The translations under genes and the position numbers were made by a program. 64,000 bases of DNA. It comes from Octopus vulgaris (Eukaryota). The DNA lies in contig OX597818.1 of the NCBI GenBank assembly GCA_951406725.2, forward strand, positions 49,476,001-49,540,000, written 5' to 3'. This document shows, one piece after another, positions 26,568 through 39,049 of this stretch; positions within the stretch are counted from its first letter, which is position 1, and each line of letters begins with the position of its first letter. Below the pieces are notes generated by a model. That model was not told where the DNA came from. It saw only the letters and a list, made by a program, of their open reading frames with translations, and searched no databases.

Positions 26568-26937
26568 TATCCCTCTCAAGCTTCAGTGATTCCATATTAC
26601 ATGAAAGTCAAAGAGAAAATACATTTTGTGCTCTGGAACTCCATGTTAACACAAGATTTTCATGAGTGCTATTGAGGGTGGGTGCCTTCACTACTGCTTA
26701 AGCCAAAATTGTTTCACAATATTCTTGAATTCTTGATATGTTTTTAATGCTATTGTGTAATCCCAGGTCAGCTTTAATAGAGCAGTCTTTTTGACATGCA
26801 AGTCGCTGGTGAGATGCAATGTATAGATTTGACTTCCTTGCTGCCCATCCAGTCTGTATCTGCATACTTGTTAAGGGTGCAACAGTTGCTGTTATGCTCA
26901 CTTCTGTTGGTGATGTGCTCCCTAGCACAATGCTTGA

Positions 26938-27590
26938 GACATATGAAGCTACTGGGCATTTGAGAGAATCTAAATCTCGTGAGATCTTAGTGTTTATTGT
27001 TCCTGCACATCTGTCACATACAAAGACAACTTTATCTGTTAATCTACCTGTGATTCCACTGCACCTTTTATGTGTCCATAGTTTACACAGGGTGCAGCGA
27101 ATGGAATTTCTTCCAACTCTTTTCCTACATATTGAGTAAGCCCATTTACCTGACAGAAAGAGTTTTATCTTCTTTCTTACTAACAACAACTTTAGTCTTT
27201 GCTAGGTTAACTTTAAGGCCCTTTGATTTTCGGATTTGGTTCTATACCTGAAATTTCTTCTCCAGTTCTGCTAAAGATTCTACAATAAGAACAAGGTCAT
27301 CAGCATATAGCAATTCCTCTGTTATGGCCTGGAGGACTACAATGAATAAGAGTGGGCTAGCCCTGGTGAACCCCTACCTGTATGCTAAATTCATCACTGT
27401 ATTCATGGCTAACAGCACCACTGTACATGGCTCATACAGCTCTAACAAGCCACTCCTTTATTCCTACCTTCCTTAGAGACCACTATATAACAGAGCAGGG
27501 AACTGTCGAAAATGTTCTCCAGGTTGACAAAGGCTAAGTACAATGGCTTACTTTTGGTCAAGTACTTTCCTGCCACTATCTCACTAGGAA
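26938..27590 (-). mobile_element. RTE RT fragment
   Basis: Homologous to 52540-53170. CRKRVGRNSIRCTLCKLWTHKRC in ORF 26698-27189. Confidence 0.88.
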
Positions 27591-30500
27591 GATTAATTAG
27601 CTGGAAGGAAATTCTAAGTAGGTCTTAACCAAATAGTGTGTCATGAATTATCAAAAATGTAATTTAAGACATAAGGATATTGACATTACTGATTGAGTAT
27701 CTTTAAAACTGTATAATTCATAATTTTGTTTTATACAAGTATGATTACCTATATATTTTTTTTAATGCACTTTAAAACAGTATTTTTAAACTTTCCATGG
27801 AAAGTGCAGCAGTAAATTTTTTTTTTTTAAATTTGACTTCAAATTATTACCAAGTCAAAAAATTTAAGAACCACTGTCTAAGCTGGTTTAGCTTTTGAAA
27901 TTGAGTGAAATACAGGCATTATACTCTTTGAATATATGAATATTTCTATGGTCATGGCTTAGGATCAGGGTCCTGAAGATGCAATGAAGGTGTCATTGGT
28001 CTTCTGACCTAATTTACTGTCGGGGTTGACTTGCTTAGCCTTTGCCTCTTTGCAGATACTCACAAGTACTGAGGATTTGTGCTCAGAGTTGTCCTTCTAT
28101 TCTGGCTGCCTTCTAAGGCTGTCATACACAGATCAGTTATACCACTGGTGTAGCTGTAGCCACAGCAGTGACTCCTCTCTAACAAAAGCTAAAGAGTAAG
28201 ATTAATCCCCAAGGTCTTCCAGCATCATTCTTTGTATTAACCCGGAATTGCTAAGTCACCATGCTATTGTCAGATTATTTTTGACCCTATATTGAGTTCC
28301 TCCATTATCCCTTGTTTTTATCCTGCTGGACGTTTTAGGAACCCTCTTATCAGGCAAATTGAGAGCCAATTTAGTCATCAATAAATGACATGACACAGAA
28401 TACACTTTATGTTCCATTTATAATCTTAGCAGTTAACAAGTAGATAAATACAACAAAGATCAACAAATTCTAACAACAAAGTAGCTATTAATAATCTTCA
28501 AACACTAAAAACATCCACCTTTACAATGAATTACACATAAAAATCTCATACACCTCACACATATTACATACAACTATTTCTAATTACCACTCCTGAACAG
28601 CTTCTATCCGCAACATGACTATAATTTCACCTAGAATAATAGTCTTTTCAATAGGTAGTTTATTGACCTTTTACAAGGTCAACATCTACTCTAGATCAGG
28701 CAATAGTATAACTATCTCAGCGATAAATCACTAAATTACATTTGAGAAATACTAATCTGACGCTAATATCTACTTTTCAGCAATGTCCTCTCTCTGTCTA
28801 ACTTCCTAATTTTCAGCCAGTTCCACTTAGAAATGCACATTACACCACCATGTATCCACCATTTCGGTCAATACCCATTCTGTATCACTTTATTAAACTT
28901 CACAAACTACTGGATTATCTCATTTCTTGCATTAAATAAAAGCCAAAATGTACAGAATTTAGATAATATATCAACATAATATTTGAAAATTATTCTACAA
29001 AAAAATTCTCTTTGCATTTTTGTGACAATTTCTAATGAACAGACTGTGTGTTTCGATTAATTTTAAATATAATCAAGATTTTGGAGTTGGTGCGTAGTAT
29101 TAAGTAACTTTATATTATGTTGGTGTTGACAAGCTGATATATTACATATATGTTATTAGAAGTTTTATTTTAAATATGACCCTAATTTACTAAGTTGGTA
29201 ATAAAAGAATTAAATAATCTCTTCTCTTTTCCTCAGATGGCCGCAGTGTTAGTTAATATTAATGATCAAAACAATTTCAAGTACAACTATACTTGAATTC
29301 CATTATATTCCTTATGATGGAGATAATTAAGTAGCAGCATCTATTTACAAATAAGCCATTCTGAAGATAAGAACAGTTAAGCTTAAAACAATACCAACGC
29401 ATAAATGGTTATTTTGTTTTTAAAATATTAATTCAATAAATTTTTGTGATAGAACAATATAGATAACCATAATCTTTCACAATAGGAAACAATGGGACAT
29501 TTTATGATAAGGCTTGTTGAAACCAAAAACAAAACAATTTCCACAAATATACCAAAAACCAATACTTAGTTATATCATAGCAAGATATATTGCACACACT
29601 TGCACATATGAATATATATAGTGTGACATATGGTGTGTGCGAGTGTGTCCAACAAAGAGATATATTCGTATTAAGTTAGGTTTTATAAATGATTAGAAAT
29701 GCTGAAATTTCAGAGCTTGATGTAATTATAATTTCTTACATCATTTGCAGCAACGCAATACATATATTGAAATTTGACTAGAAAAGGCCAAATGAAGAGC
29801 TGAATATTGTACTGGTCTGGAGTCTTAAAGAGACAGAGTAAATTGCAGCAATTCCAAAGAGAGTATTGGCAACAGAGTATGATAATGAGTTGATGTATAT
29901 AAGCTGTTGGTGATAACATGTCAATAGGGCAGATTATCCTGCCTTCTGCAAGATAATGCTGATAAAATTAGATGAAACATCTTAATTATAAAAGCAATTT
30001 CTAATAGATTAAACTCTTTAAAAACATGATTAGAGAGGGGATGATGATTCCACAGTAGTCAATAATGGATGTAATTCACTGAAATTTTCTTGATCAAGTG
30101 CTATCACTGAATAATCTTAGTATCTCTGAAGAATAATGGTATCAACCAATTAGAGCAGTTATCTGCCTTTCTCAATAGTAGTTCAGCCATCTGTTGATCA
30201 CATCTGTAATGAATTTATTTTTTGGTACATGAAACAGTATCTTGCCTGTTCAATGGGTTATCCATCACCACTTATAGCTTATTGAACATTTTTTTTGATT
30301 AAGCTGCTGTGAACACGCATGCGCGTGCACACATATGTATGACCTTTTCTTTTGAATTAGTAACATTTACATTAAGAATGTGTCATTCTTTGCAGCATTG
30401 TTTTATTTGGTTGCATATTTTGTGTCAGGAACATTTACAAGTAAATAAAACAGGATATTTCTGAATTTCTAAAAATTGGTTTCAAACTTTGGTCAAAAGT

Positions 30501-32344
30501 CAGCAAATTCGGGAGAGGCAGTAAGTCAATTACATCATTACATCAACCCCAAAAGAATGAAAGGCAAAGTCAGAATTTGAACTCAGAATGTAAAGATGGA
30601 CAAAATGTCCACTAAGCATTTTGCCCAGGGTGCTGACAATTCTACCAGCTCAAAAACTGTAGAAGGGTTAATTATGCATTCAGAAGTGTACTTTTGCTGA
30701 TATCTTTTTAATCATAAATAAAAATACAGACAGATAAGCCAATAATGTATGGAGGTTCATAAATTCAGAGAAGAATTTTTAACGCATGCATTCTGAGTTA
30801 CAATTTAGTCGTAATTAGCTGACTAACTATTTAAATGGATTCATTTTGAATTATTAACCTTATCTTTAGAGATGAATGGTTTCAATCTTTATATCACTAC
30901 TTTGCAATTGGTTTCATCTCTGGCATTAAGTGCTTTACTTCTGAATGTATTCACAGCACCACACTTGAATTACAAATATTTATTTCTAATTTAATTCATA
31001 TTTGTCCTTATGCTGGTGCCACATAAGGGTACCCATGCCAGTGCCATGTATAAAACACACATGCTGGTACCACATATAAAGCTCCCAGTAGACACTGTAA
31101 AATGATTGGCATTAGGAAGGGCATCCAGCCATAGAAACCAGCTTGGAAAACATATTAAATGATAATGATGATCCACAAAGGCTATCAATGCAGGTAACAA
31201 TGACCATAGTAAGTAGAATTTGGTACTATGTTTAAACCAATGAACAAGACACCTGATAATTCACAACTGAACCAACTGAATAAAATATTTAGCCCTTTAA
31301 AAAAAATCTTAACTCATCTCAGGCATTTTAAATATTTCAAAATTTTGTAAATACGACACTAGAGAAATTAAACAACACAATTATATGGAAAAAAAATTCA
31401 GTAGTTTAATTTAATTAGCGTATTTTTATCCAAATTTTTGTAAGATGCAATTTGTGATTCTATTAATTACAGCAGAGAGATTCAAGCAGATATCACTATA
31501 AAAATTCTGACATTGTTATACAGTGTAACTGAGTGCACAACTAAAGCATCTTTTATACTCGAGTTCATTTGAGATCATAGTTCTTAGTAAAAATATTTTA
31601 CTCAAACCATCTGATTATATACAACATATAGGTAAATTGAAAACTAGTTTAAATTTCAATGTTCTACAAGGTATGATAATATCTAAATTCTCCATTAAAC
31701 TTATTAGAGGAATTTTTTTTTTTAAATCAAGAATGCTATAATTTCTGGGAATAGGGGGAAGAAAACTATTACCAGTATACAAGCCAGAATCTCATCTCAT
31801 TCTTCAGGGTTTTTTTCTTATGGAAGCTAATATTATCAATGATAAATTGTTAGATTTGTTAGCCAAGATAAATGCATTATCAAAAAAATGGGAAAGTATT
31901 TTTCCCTTTTCGACATTTGCTTAGAGAACTTAAAATATTATCCCACCTCCTATCTGCAGCAGAATTTCTACAATTGCACTGCAATAACTTTTCTTTGATT
32001 TTATTGCAAATCTCAGCACTTACAGACAAGTAATGTGAATTTCTGTTTTTTTTTTTTTTAAAAATCTTTTTCTAGTTCTTATTAAAGAATATTTCTGCTG
32101 GGTATAACTATATATAATTGGTCACATATGCTCAAGTGATTATAGGTATGGATAGAATATGTAATTAGCTATTTTGAAAAATTCATGATTAGTGGCTATC
32201 AGCCATAAACATTTTGATGTATTTAAGATCTACATACCATTCTCAAGAACACATCACTTTTGTTGCTAGCCTTGTGAACAACTTTGTTGGTGAGCAGAGA
32301 TACAGAAAAATGTTTCAGTTTAATAATTTTCAATATAACTTAGT

Positions 32345-32716
32345 ATCGTCATCATCGTTTTAACCCCTACTTTTCCATGTTTGCATGGGTCAAATGAAGC
32401 TTACCGAGGCAGATTTTCTATGGTTGGATGCCTTTGCAGTCACCAACTTTTACCCATTTCCCAGCAAGGTAATATTTCCCCATGGCCAGGCATGTTTTTG
32501 CAAGATATTAGAACAATGCTCATTTACAACATTCACACACATTTACACCCTCTAATTCACACGATGGGTTTTTTTCAGTTTTCATAATTCAAATACACTC
32601 ATAAAGCTTTGGTCAGCCCAGGGATATAGGAAACATGCCCAAAGTACCATGCAGTAGGCTAAACCCAAAACCTTGTGGCTGGAAAGCAAACTTTCTAACT
32701 GCATGACTGCGCCTGT
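32345..32716 (-). mobile_element. Composite SINE (family D)
   Basis: Reverse-complement homolog of 23745-24112. Confidence 0.7.
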
Positions 32717-33060
32717 ATCAAAACTGTAAATGTTTAAACTAGCATTAATGGAATAGTTTAGCACAAATTAGAACACTTGCATATTGTTGCAGCAACTGTT
32801 ATTACAGCTGGATGCTGTAGCTTACCACTGTCTATGTAATATGAGTGGTTCCTGTTGTTAAGCAGGATGAAGTAAGCAAAGTTATACACTGAATGCAATT
32901 AGGTCACAACTTAAGGTGTGAGCTCAAGATTATGTGGTCAGTAAATTTGTACTGTAACTTGCCCTAATATGAAGAAAGGTAGAACTTTTCAGAATTATAT
33001 CTCTTCCTCCAAACACCAACACTTAAATGCCTTAGTTTATTCAATCCTCATTATCTACAG

Positions 33061-33376
33061 CAGTGGTTCTCAATCATTTTTTACCTATGGCCCCTTTGAC
33101 TTCTATTTTACCTGGATGGATCCTTCCAGTCCATTCAATGTTTAAAAAATTCCATTACATCTTTATAATTAAATATTATTAGAAATTGTATTTAAAAGAA
33201 AAATTATCAAAATAGGCATAGGAGTGGCTGTGTGGTAAGTAGCTTGCTTACGAACCACATGGTTCCGGGTTCAATCCCACTGCGGGGCATCTTGGGCAAG
33301 TGTCTTCTGCTATAGCCTCGGGCCGACCAAAGCCTTGTGAGTGGATTTGGTAGACGGAAATTGAAAGAAGCCCGTC

Positions 33377-33430
<54 letters not shown>

Positions 33431-33740
33431 TTGTATGTGTGTGTTTGTCCCCCCAACATCGCTTGACAACCGATGCCGGTGTGTTTACGTCCCCATAACT
33501 TAGCGGTTCAGCAAAAGAGACCGATATAATAAGTACTAGGCTTAAAAAGAATAAGTCCTGGGGTCGATTTGGTCGACTAAAGGCGGTGCTCCAGCATGGC
33601 CACAGTCAAATGACTGAAACAAGTAAAAGAGTGAAATATTTTGTGTATTGTAGAAGTATCATCGATTTATTGGAGACAAATTTTAACAAAAATTTATTTG
33701 GACCCCCAAAGGCCATATGGACACTGACTGAAAACCACTG
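33061..33740. mobile_element. hAT (Charlie-like) MITE interrupted by a SINE
   Basis: CAGTGGTTCTCA...TGAAAACCACTG ends, 8-bp TSD ATCTACAG/ATCTAAAG. Confidence 0.8.
33215..33632 (+). mobile_element. tRNA-derived SINE (family C) nested in the hAT MITE
   Basis: Near-identical to 6694-7086, with an expanded (TA)n tract. Confidence 0.92.
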
Positions 33741-34004
33741 ATCTAAAGGAACTTTAGAATATTCTTAATTGCTGCTGCATAAAAATGAAGACCAAATTCA
33801 ATCTTAATTTCAGGAGAAATTCCCTTTTCAGATATTTTAACATAAGACAAAGAAAGAGAGAAGGGAAGGAAATAAGTGTTATCATCACAATTTCCAGTTT
33901 TGCTTTACTATGACTATGAAGAATAATGAAAGGTTGATTTGGATAATTTTACAAACCTTATTTTTGTGCAATTTTATATTAAAAACAAAATATATATATA
34001 TATG

Positions 34005-34255
34005 TGCAGGTGGCACATAAAAAGCACCATTTGAGCGTGGCCATTGCCAGTACCGCCTGACTGGCCCTCGTGCTGGTGGCACGTAAAAGCACTCACTACA
34101 CTCTCGGAGTGGTTGGCGTTAGGAAGGGCATCCAGCTGTAGAAACTCTGCCAGATCAGATTGAAGTTTGGTGCAGCCATCTAGTTCGCCAGACCTCAATC
34201 AAATCGTCCAACCCATGCTAGCATGGAAAGCGGACGTTAAACGATGATGATGATA
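34005..34255 (+). mobile_element. RTE 3' end
   Basis: One to two tandem units plus the (GAT)n tail. Confidence 0.88.
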
Positions 34256-35336
34256 TATAGAGAGAGAGAGAGCGAGAGATATAGTTATATAAATAAAAAC
34301 AAATATCACTTCTGAGGGGTGTAAGTTATTTCAATAATCACATTTTATTTTGAAAATAAATTATGGCAGGCAGTCCACCAACTTATAAACAAATGTGAAT
34401 ACATACATATGCCATAAAAGTCACTTTAAAAATTACACTTCTAAATAAAGGTGGTGGGATGGGGGTACGACTTTAGGTTCTTGTAAAAATTTCCATATAA
34501 TTTATCAATTACGTTCAGAAATTTTTTAAAAATAACAAAAGCATTTTTAACCCATACAAAAGCTAAAAATTGATTTGTACCAAACGAAAAAAGAAAAACC
34601 TTTATATGGAAAATTACAACAATGTAAGCTCTATATTTACTTGTTCTTTTCTCAGTCATTTTTTTTTTTAAAGATATTTGTGAACTATTTCTATCATCTT
34701 ATTAATCTGAAATATAGCTATATTATTAAATTCATTGGTCAAATTCTTGTGCTGAGTGTACATATCTATATATTTATATATATATATATATAATTCAAAT
34801 TTACAGAAAACAAAAGACATAGACAGTTGTAGGAACAACAAACAGATGTATTAGTTTAACACTTGGGAAAAAATTGAAAAGTCTTTTATGTTTTGAGCCT
34901 ATGCTCTTCAACAGAAAGGATTAAGCGGGAAAAAATGGAGAGAGAAAAATTGTGCAGAGGTCAACAGCCCAACATGGCGAGATGACCAGAAAAAAGAGGT
35001 TGAATGAAAGGGAGATAATAATAATTATAGTAATGATGATCCCAACGAACTAAGGTGCATAAGCATGTGTGTGAGTGTGCATGTGTGAAAGGGGGTAAGT
35101 GAATGTAACATTGTGTGTGTATAACAGTTGTGTGCACAAGTGTGATCAAATAATGTGCATGTGTATAGTGTATATTTGTGGGCGAAAGTTATCTTTGTCT
35201 ATTATGTTGCTTGTGTTTATGCGAGTTGTGTGTATATATTGTCTGTGTTCAGGTATTATGTGATTGTATGCGTGAGTGTGCATGATGGTATGTAGCATGT
35301 GTACTGAGTTAAACAGTATGTGTGGCAGCTCTACTT

Positions 35337-35570
35337 AAGGTGGCGAGCTGGCAGAAACGTTAGCACGCCGGGTGAAATGCGTAGCCGTATTTCGTCTGCC
35401 GCTACATTCTGAGTTCAAATTCTGCTGAGTTTGACTTTGCCTTTCATCCTTTCGGGGTTGATAAATTAAGTACCAGTTACGCACTGGGGTCGATGTAATC
35501 GACTTAATCCATTTGTCTGTCCTTGTTTGTCCCCTCTATGTTTAGCCCCTTGTGGGTAATAAAGAAATAG
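35337..35570 (+). mobile_element. SINE (family E), full length
   Basis: Reverse complement of 20024-20256. Confidence 0.9.
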
Positions 35571-35653
35571 GTATGTATGGTGATGCTTTTGAAGATTGTG
35601 TGTGGGTATGTGGATAATGGTGTGTGGTGTGAGTGATATATATATATATATAT

Positions 35654-36305
35654 ATTAACAATCAAGGAACGGCCATAATAGGCCATTCACCCACTAGAAA
35701 TAACAGCCAAAAGCTTTAACCGCAAAATAACGTCAATTCCCACTAGGCCGCTGGAGGCAAAAGAATTCTACAAAATTTTTTTTTGCCACCCTATATTGAT
35801 TAATTATGAATTTTCTGGTTAATTCCGTAATGGAATCGGCGGCTTATATTTATTTGCTGCCGATAAATTTGGCGCGAGTGCGACGATTTGAAAATTTTAG
35901 GTCAGATATTGACGAGGTAGCAATGAGAATGCCTCGTGAAAAATATCTGTTCCGGTTTGGCTATTTCTTACTGATGAATCTAAGGGCCTATGGTAGATTG
36001 GCTTGATTTAATTTAATCAGGTTAGTTTTCCATTAAACAGAAGATGAAACGGTGCATCGTCTAAGAAATTACAGGGTAAATGTTTTTCAATTTTCTCCTG
36101 GTTTACGGAATTGACGTTATTTTGCGGTTAAAGCTTTTGGCTGTTATTTCTAGTGGGTGAATGGCCTATTATGGCCGTTCCTTGATTGTTAATGTTGAAC
36201 TTAAAAATGGTTTATGACTATTTAATTTTTTCCCACTAGGCCGCTGGAGGCAAAAGAATTCTACAAAATTTTTTTTTTTTTTGCCACCCTATATTGATTA
36301 ATTAT
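35654..36305 (+). mobile_element. Retrozyme/Penelope-like non-coding element with direct terminal repeats and an inverted segment
   Basis: Direct repeats 35737-35807/36230-36305 (period 493), perfect 87-bp inverted repeat 35654-35740/36107-36193, (TA)n on both sides. Confidence 0.85.
35963..36069 (+). ncRNA. Type I hammerhead ribozyme, canonical core, long helix II insert
   Basis: ATTTCTTA-CTGATGA-ATCT...AGAT-GAA-ACGGTGCATCGT-C-TAAGAAAT. 8-bp helix I, predicted cut after GUC 36061. Confidence 0.82.
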
Positions 36306-37819
36306 ATATATATATATATATATCTATCAATTTAAAAATTGTAAAGTGATATAATTTATTTAGTGACACAGAATTCAGTAGACTGAGTAGAACAGATATA
36401 ATAAAAATTGGTAGTCAACTCAGAAATTTGTCCTTGGTCAAGATGTTCAAGTCTTGAACAATCCAGCCAAGAGTGAAACTCAGAGTAGACAGTTGATTTT
36501 TGATTGATTGATTAACTGATTGGATGTATGTATGTGTGTGTAGCAGATGGTGGTTTCACACATGTGTAAGTTACAGTTAAGCATAAAATGCACTCAATAC
36601 TCTAAGGCAGAATGAAATAAATGAGACATCTTTCAAACTGGGTTTGTATGAGTAGCTTACACTGCTGGTTCTCAGACAAGTGGCACTGTAGTTTTCAAAG
36701 CTTGCTTATAAACATAATCCACTGACTAACTTTAATCAGGTGATCCTGAAAAACAACTTTGGCAGGGGTAATTGTTACACCATCTCCACATACATACCTT
36801 TTTACTGTTTTGCTGTTTTTTTTTATATGTATGTATAAATCTATTATACACAACTAATCACAACAAAAGGGAGCTTACTATATATGCTATCTTAGCCCCT
36901 ATCAGAATGAATAAAACACATTAAATGATATTTTCCCCCCTCTTACCACAGGTCAAAAGCATCCATCCGCATGAATACATATGTGTACTTGCATGCAAAC
37001 GCATGCGTGCATGCACACACACACACTTGTGACATCCATAAAACACTACTTAACAGAAAGCTGCTGAAATTCTGGGAGAACACTGACACCATTTTTATTT
37101 TATTTTTCTCATCTATTATTTTCCTTCTTTTCCATCACCCACCAGTTCTTCTCTATGGCTTTTCTCTCTTCTCCTTCCTTTTTTTGTCTCCTTTTCTATA
37201 CAGTTTGTTACTTGTCTATGTAATCAATAATCCCTATCAAATTTGTTTTGAGGGAATCAATTGATCGTTTTATGCATAAGCAAGTTTAAAAAATAACAAC
37301 ACTAGTGATCTGAGGACCAAGAACAAGAAACTCTGAATTGTGACTCAGCTTCCAATACTACTACTACTACTACTAATAATAATAATAATAATAATAAATG
37401 CATGTGCATGCCCCCACACACACACACATACACACACAAAAGTCACATTAAGTACATGAACATAAAAATAATTTAAAGCATTGTATTTTCTCTACAGCAA
37501 CAGGCAAGAAACATTATCCAAAATTAGTACACACAGAAGAAGAGACTACTTCAAAGTCAATAAAACAGTTTTCCAGCATTGCATTGGTGGTAAAGAGACA
37601 TGTTGTTAACAATTATCACTTGGTAAGTGTATTTAAATGGAATCACTTAAAAAATATTTTAAATAGTAATTTCTTATTGAACTAGATGACTGCAAAAAAT
37701 TTAAATTATCAAGATTATTATAGGAGTCTATTGAATATAAATATTGGAGGAACAAGGCAATGAAAGAGACTCTATGCAATCACTTAACTGGCTAAGTAAA
37801 GCAACCAAATCTCCCTTAA

Positions 37820-38033
37820 CCCTTTCGTTACCAACCCGGCTGAAACCGGCTCTGAGTACAAATGTCTTGTTTTCATAAGTTTTGAATTAAAATCTTCCAC
37901 CAAACCTTAGTCGCAATTTATGTCCCTAACACTAGCTGAATGGTAACTAAGTTATTTTACTAAATTCTTTGCTATATTTAAAGTAATTGAAAGAAACACA
38001 GAGCATCTCAAAATAAATACAGTAACGAAAGGG
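37820..38033. mobile_element. piggyBac-like MITE nested in a family G repeat
   Basis: Perfect TIR CCCTTTCGTTAC, TTAA on both sides. Confidence 0.92.
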
Positions 38034-38187
38034 TTAAGTCACATTGTACCAGTTTAAAATAATTAAAAAAGGAGAGAGAACATATCTCAGAAATACAAAA
38101 AAAAAAAAAAAAAAGGGATGATGGTCATAGTGGAACACTTTTGAACAAAGGGCTGCTCAATCAAAGTCAACTTGGTACCATCCAAGC

Positions 38188-38631
38188 CAGTGGTTCTCAA
38201 CCTTTTTCACCTTTGGGCCCAGGTTTTTATGATTAAAAAGTCCCAGGCCCACTGACCTCTAAACCAGTTATCTGACCCTCTTCTGGAATATAAACCCCAT
38301 AAAGTAGTAATTGTTTCCACATGCCAGCTTCATGTACAATGACAATCGTTAAATAAATACTACACTAGTGTTATATCTTCTTGTTTATGGAACCTGCAAG
38401 CACAAAAAAAACCCCATCCAAAAATGGAAGAAAAGTATATTTACATTTTTATTTAAAAGAAATGAAGAAGCAATTTAATGGCTACATTGCAGTTGGTGTT
38501 TTTCAATTAGGCTAACAATTTGAACTTCAAAGGATTAGTTCAACTTGAAATGCAAAAATCTCTTTTCGCAATTTTCAAAATTTCCTCAGGCATCCTCAAA
38601 ATTTTCCCAGGCTCAATGTTGAGAACCACTG
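38188..38631. mobile_element. hAT MITE
   Basis: TIR CAGTGGTTCTCAAC/GTTGAGAACCACTG, TSD ATCCAAGC/ATCTATGC. Confidence 0.8.
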
Positions 38632-39049
38632 ATCTATGCAACAACTCTTCAGTTTCTATCTCTCTTTAAGGTAATTCCTGCGTAGTGTGTTGCTTATCAA
38701 TATAATTTTCACACACACAAAGTGATGTTTATTTCCAGTCATGTGTAAAAAAAAAAAAAAACGTCGGGCAATCTAGCCATAGAAATTGCCTCAACAAATT
38801 CCATCTGACCCATGCCAATATAGCAAAGTGTGTTAAATGAGAAAAAAGAAAGAAATACACACACACACAGAGCATTGTTTTTTTTTAAAGTTTCTTCCCT
38901 TATGAATCCCTTTTTATCAGACAGAATTTCTCACGACCTTCACTGTTATAAAATTAAGTAGAGAAAAAAGAAATGCAAATATATTAAATAAAAAATTATT
39001 AATTACAAACTAAAACTTATATTAAAAAAATAGCTACAAGACCACACAA

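Noticed and set aside
35903-35949. Second hammerhead (TTGACGA...GAAA) in the 35.7-kb element
   Set aside because: ACGAGGTA pairs with TGCCTCGT, consuming the core, and there is no helix III or cleavage triplet. It is a plain hairpin.
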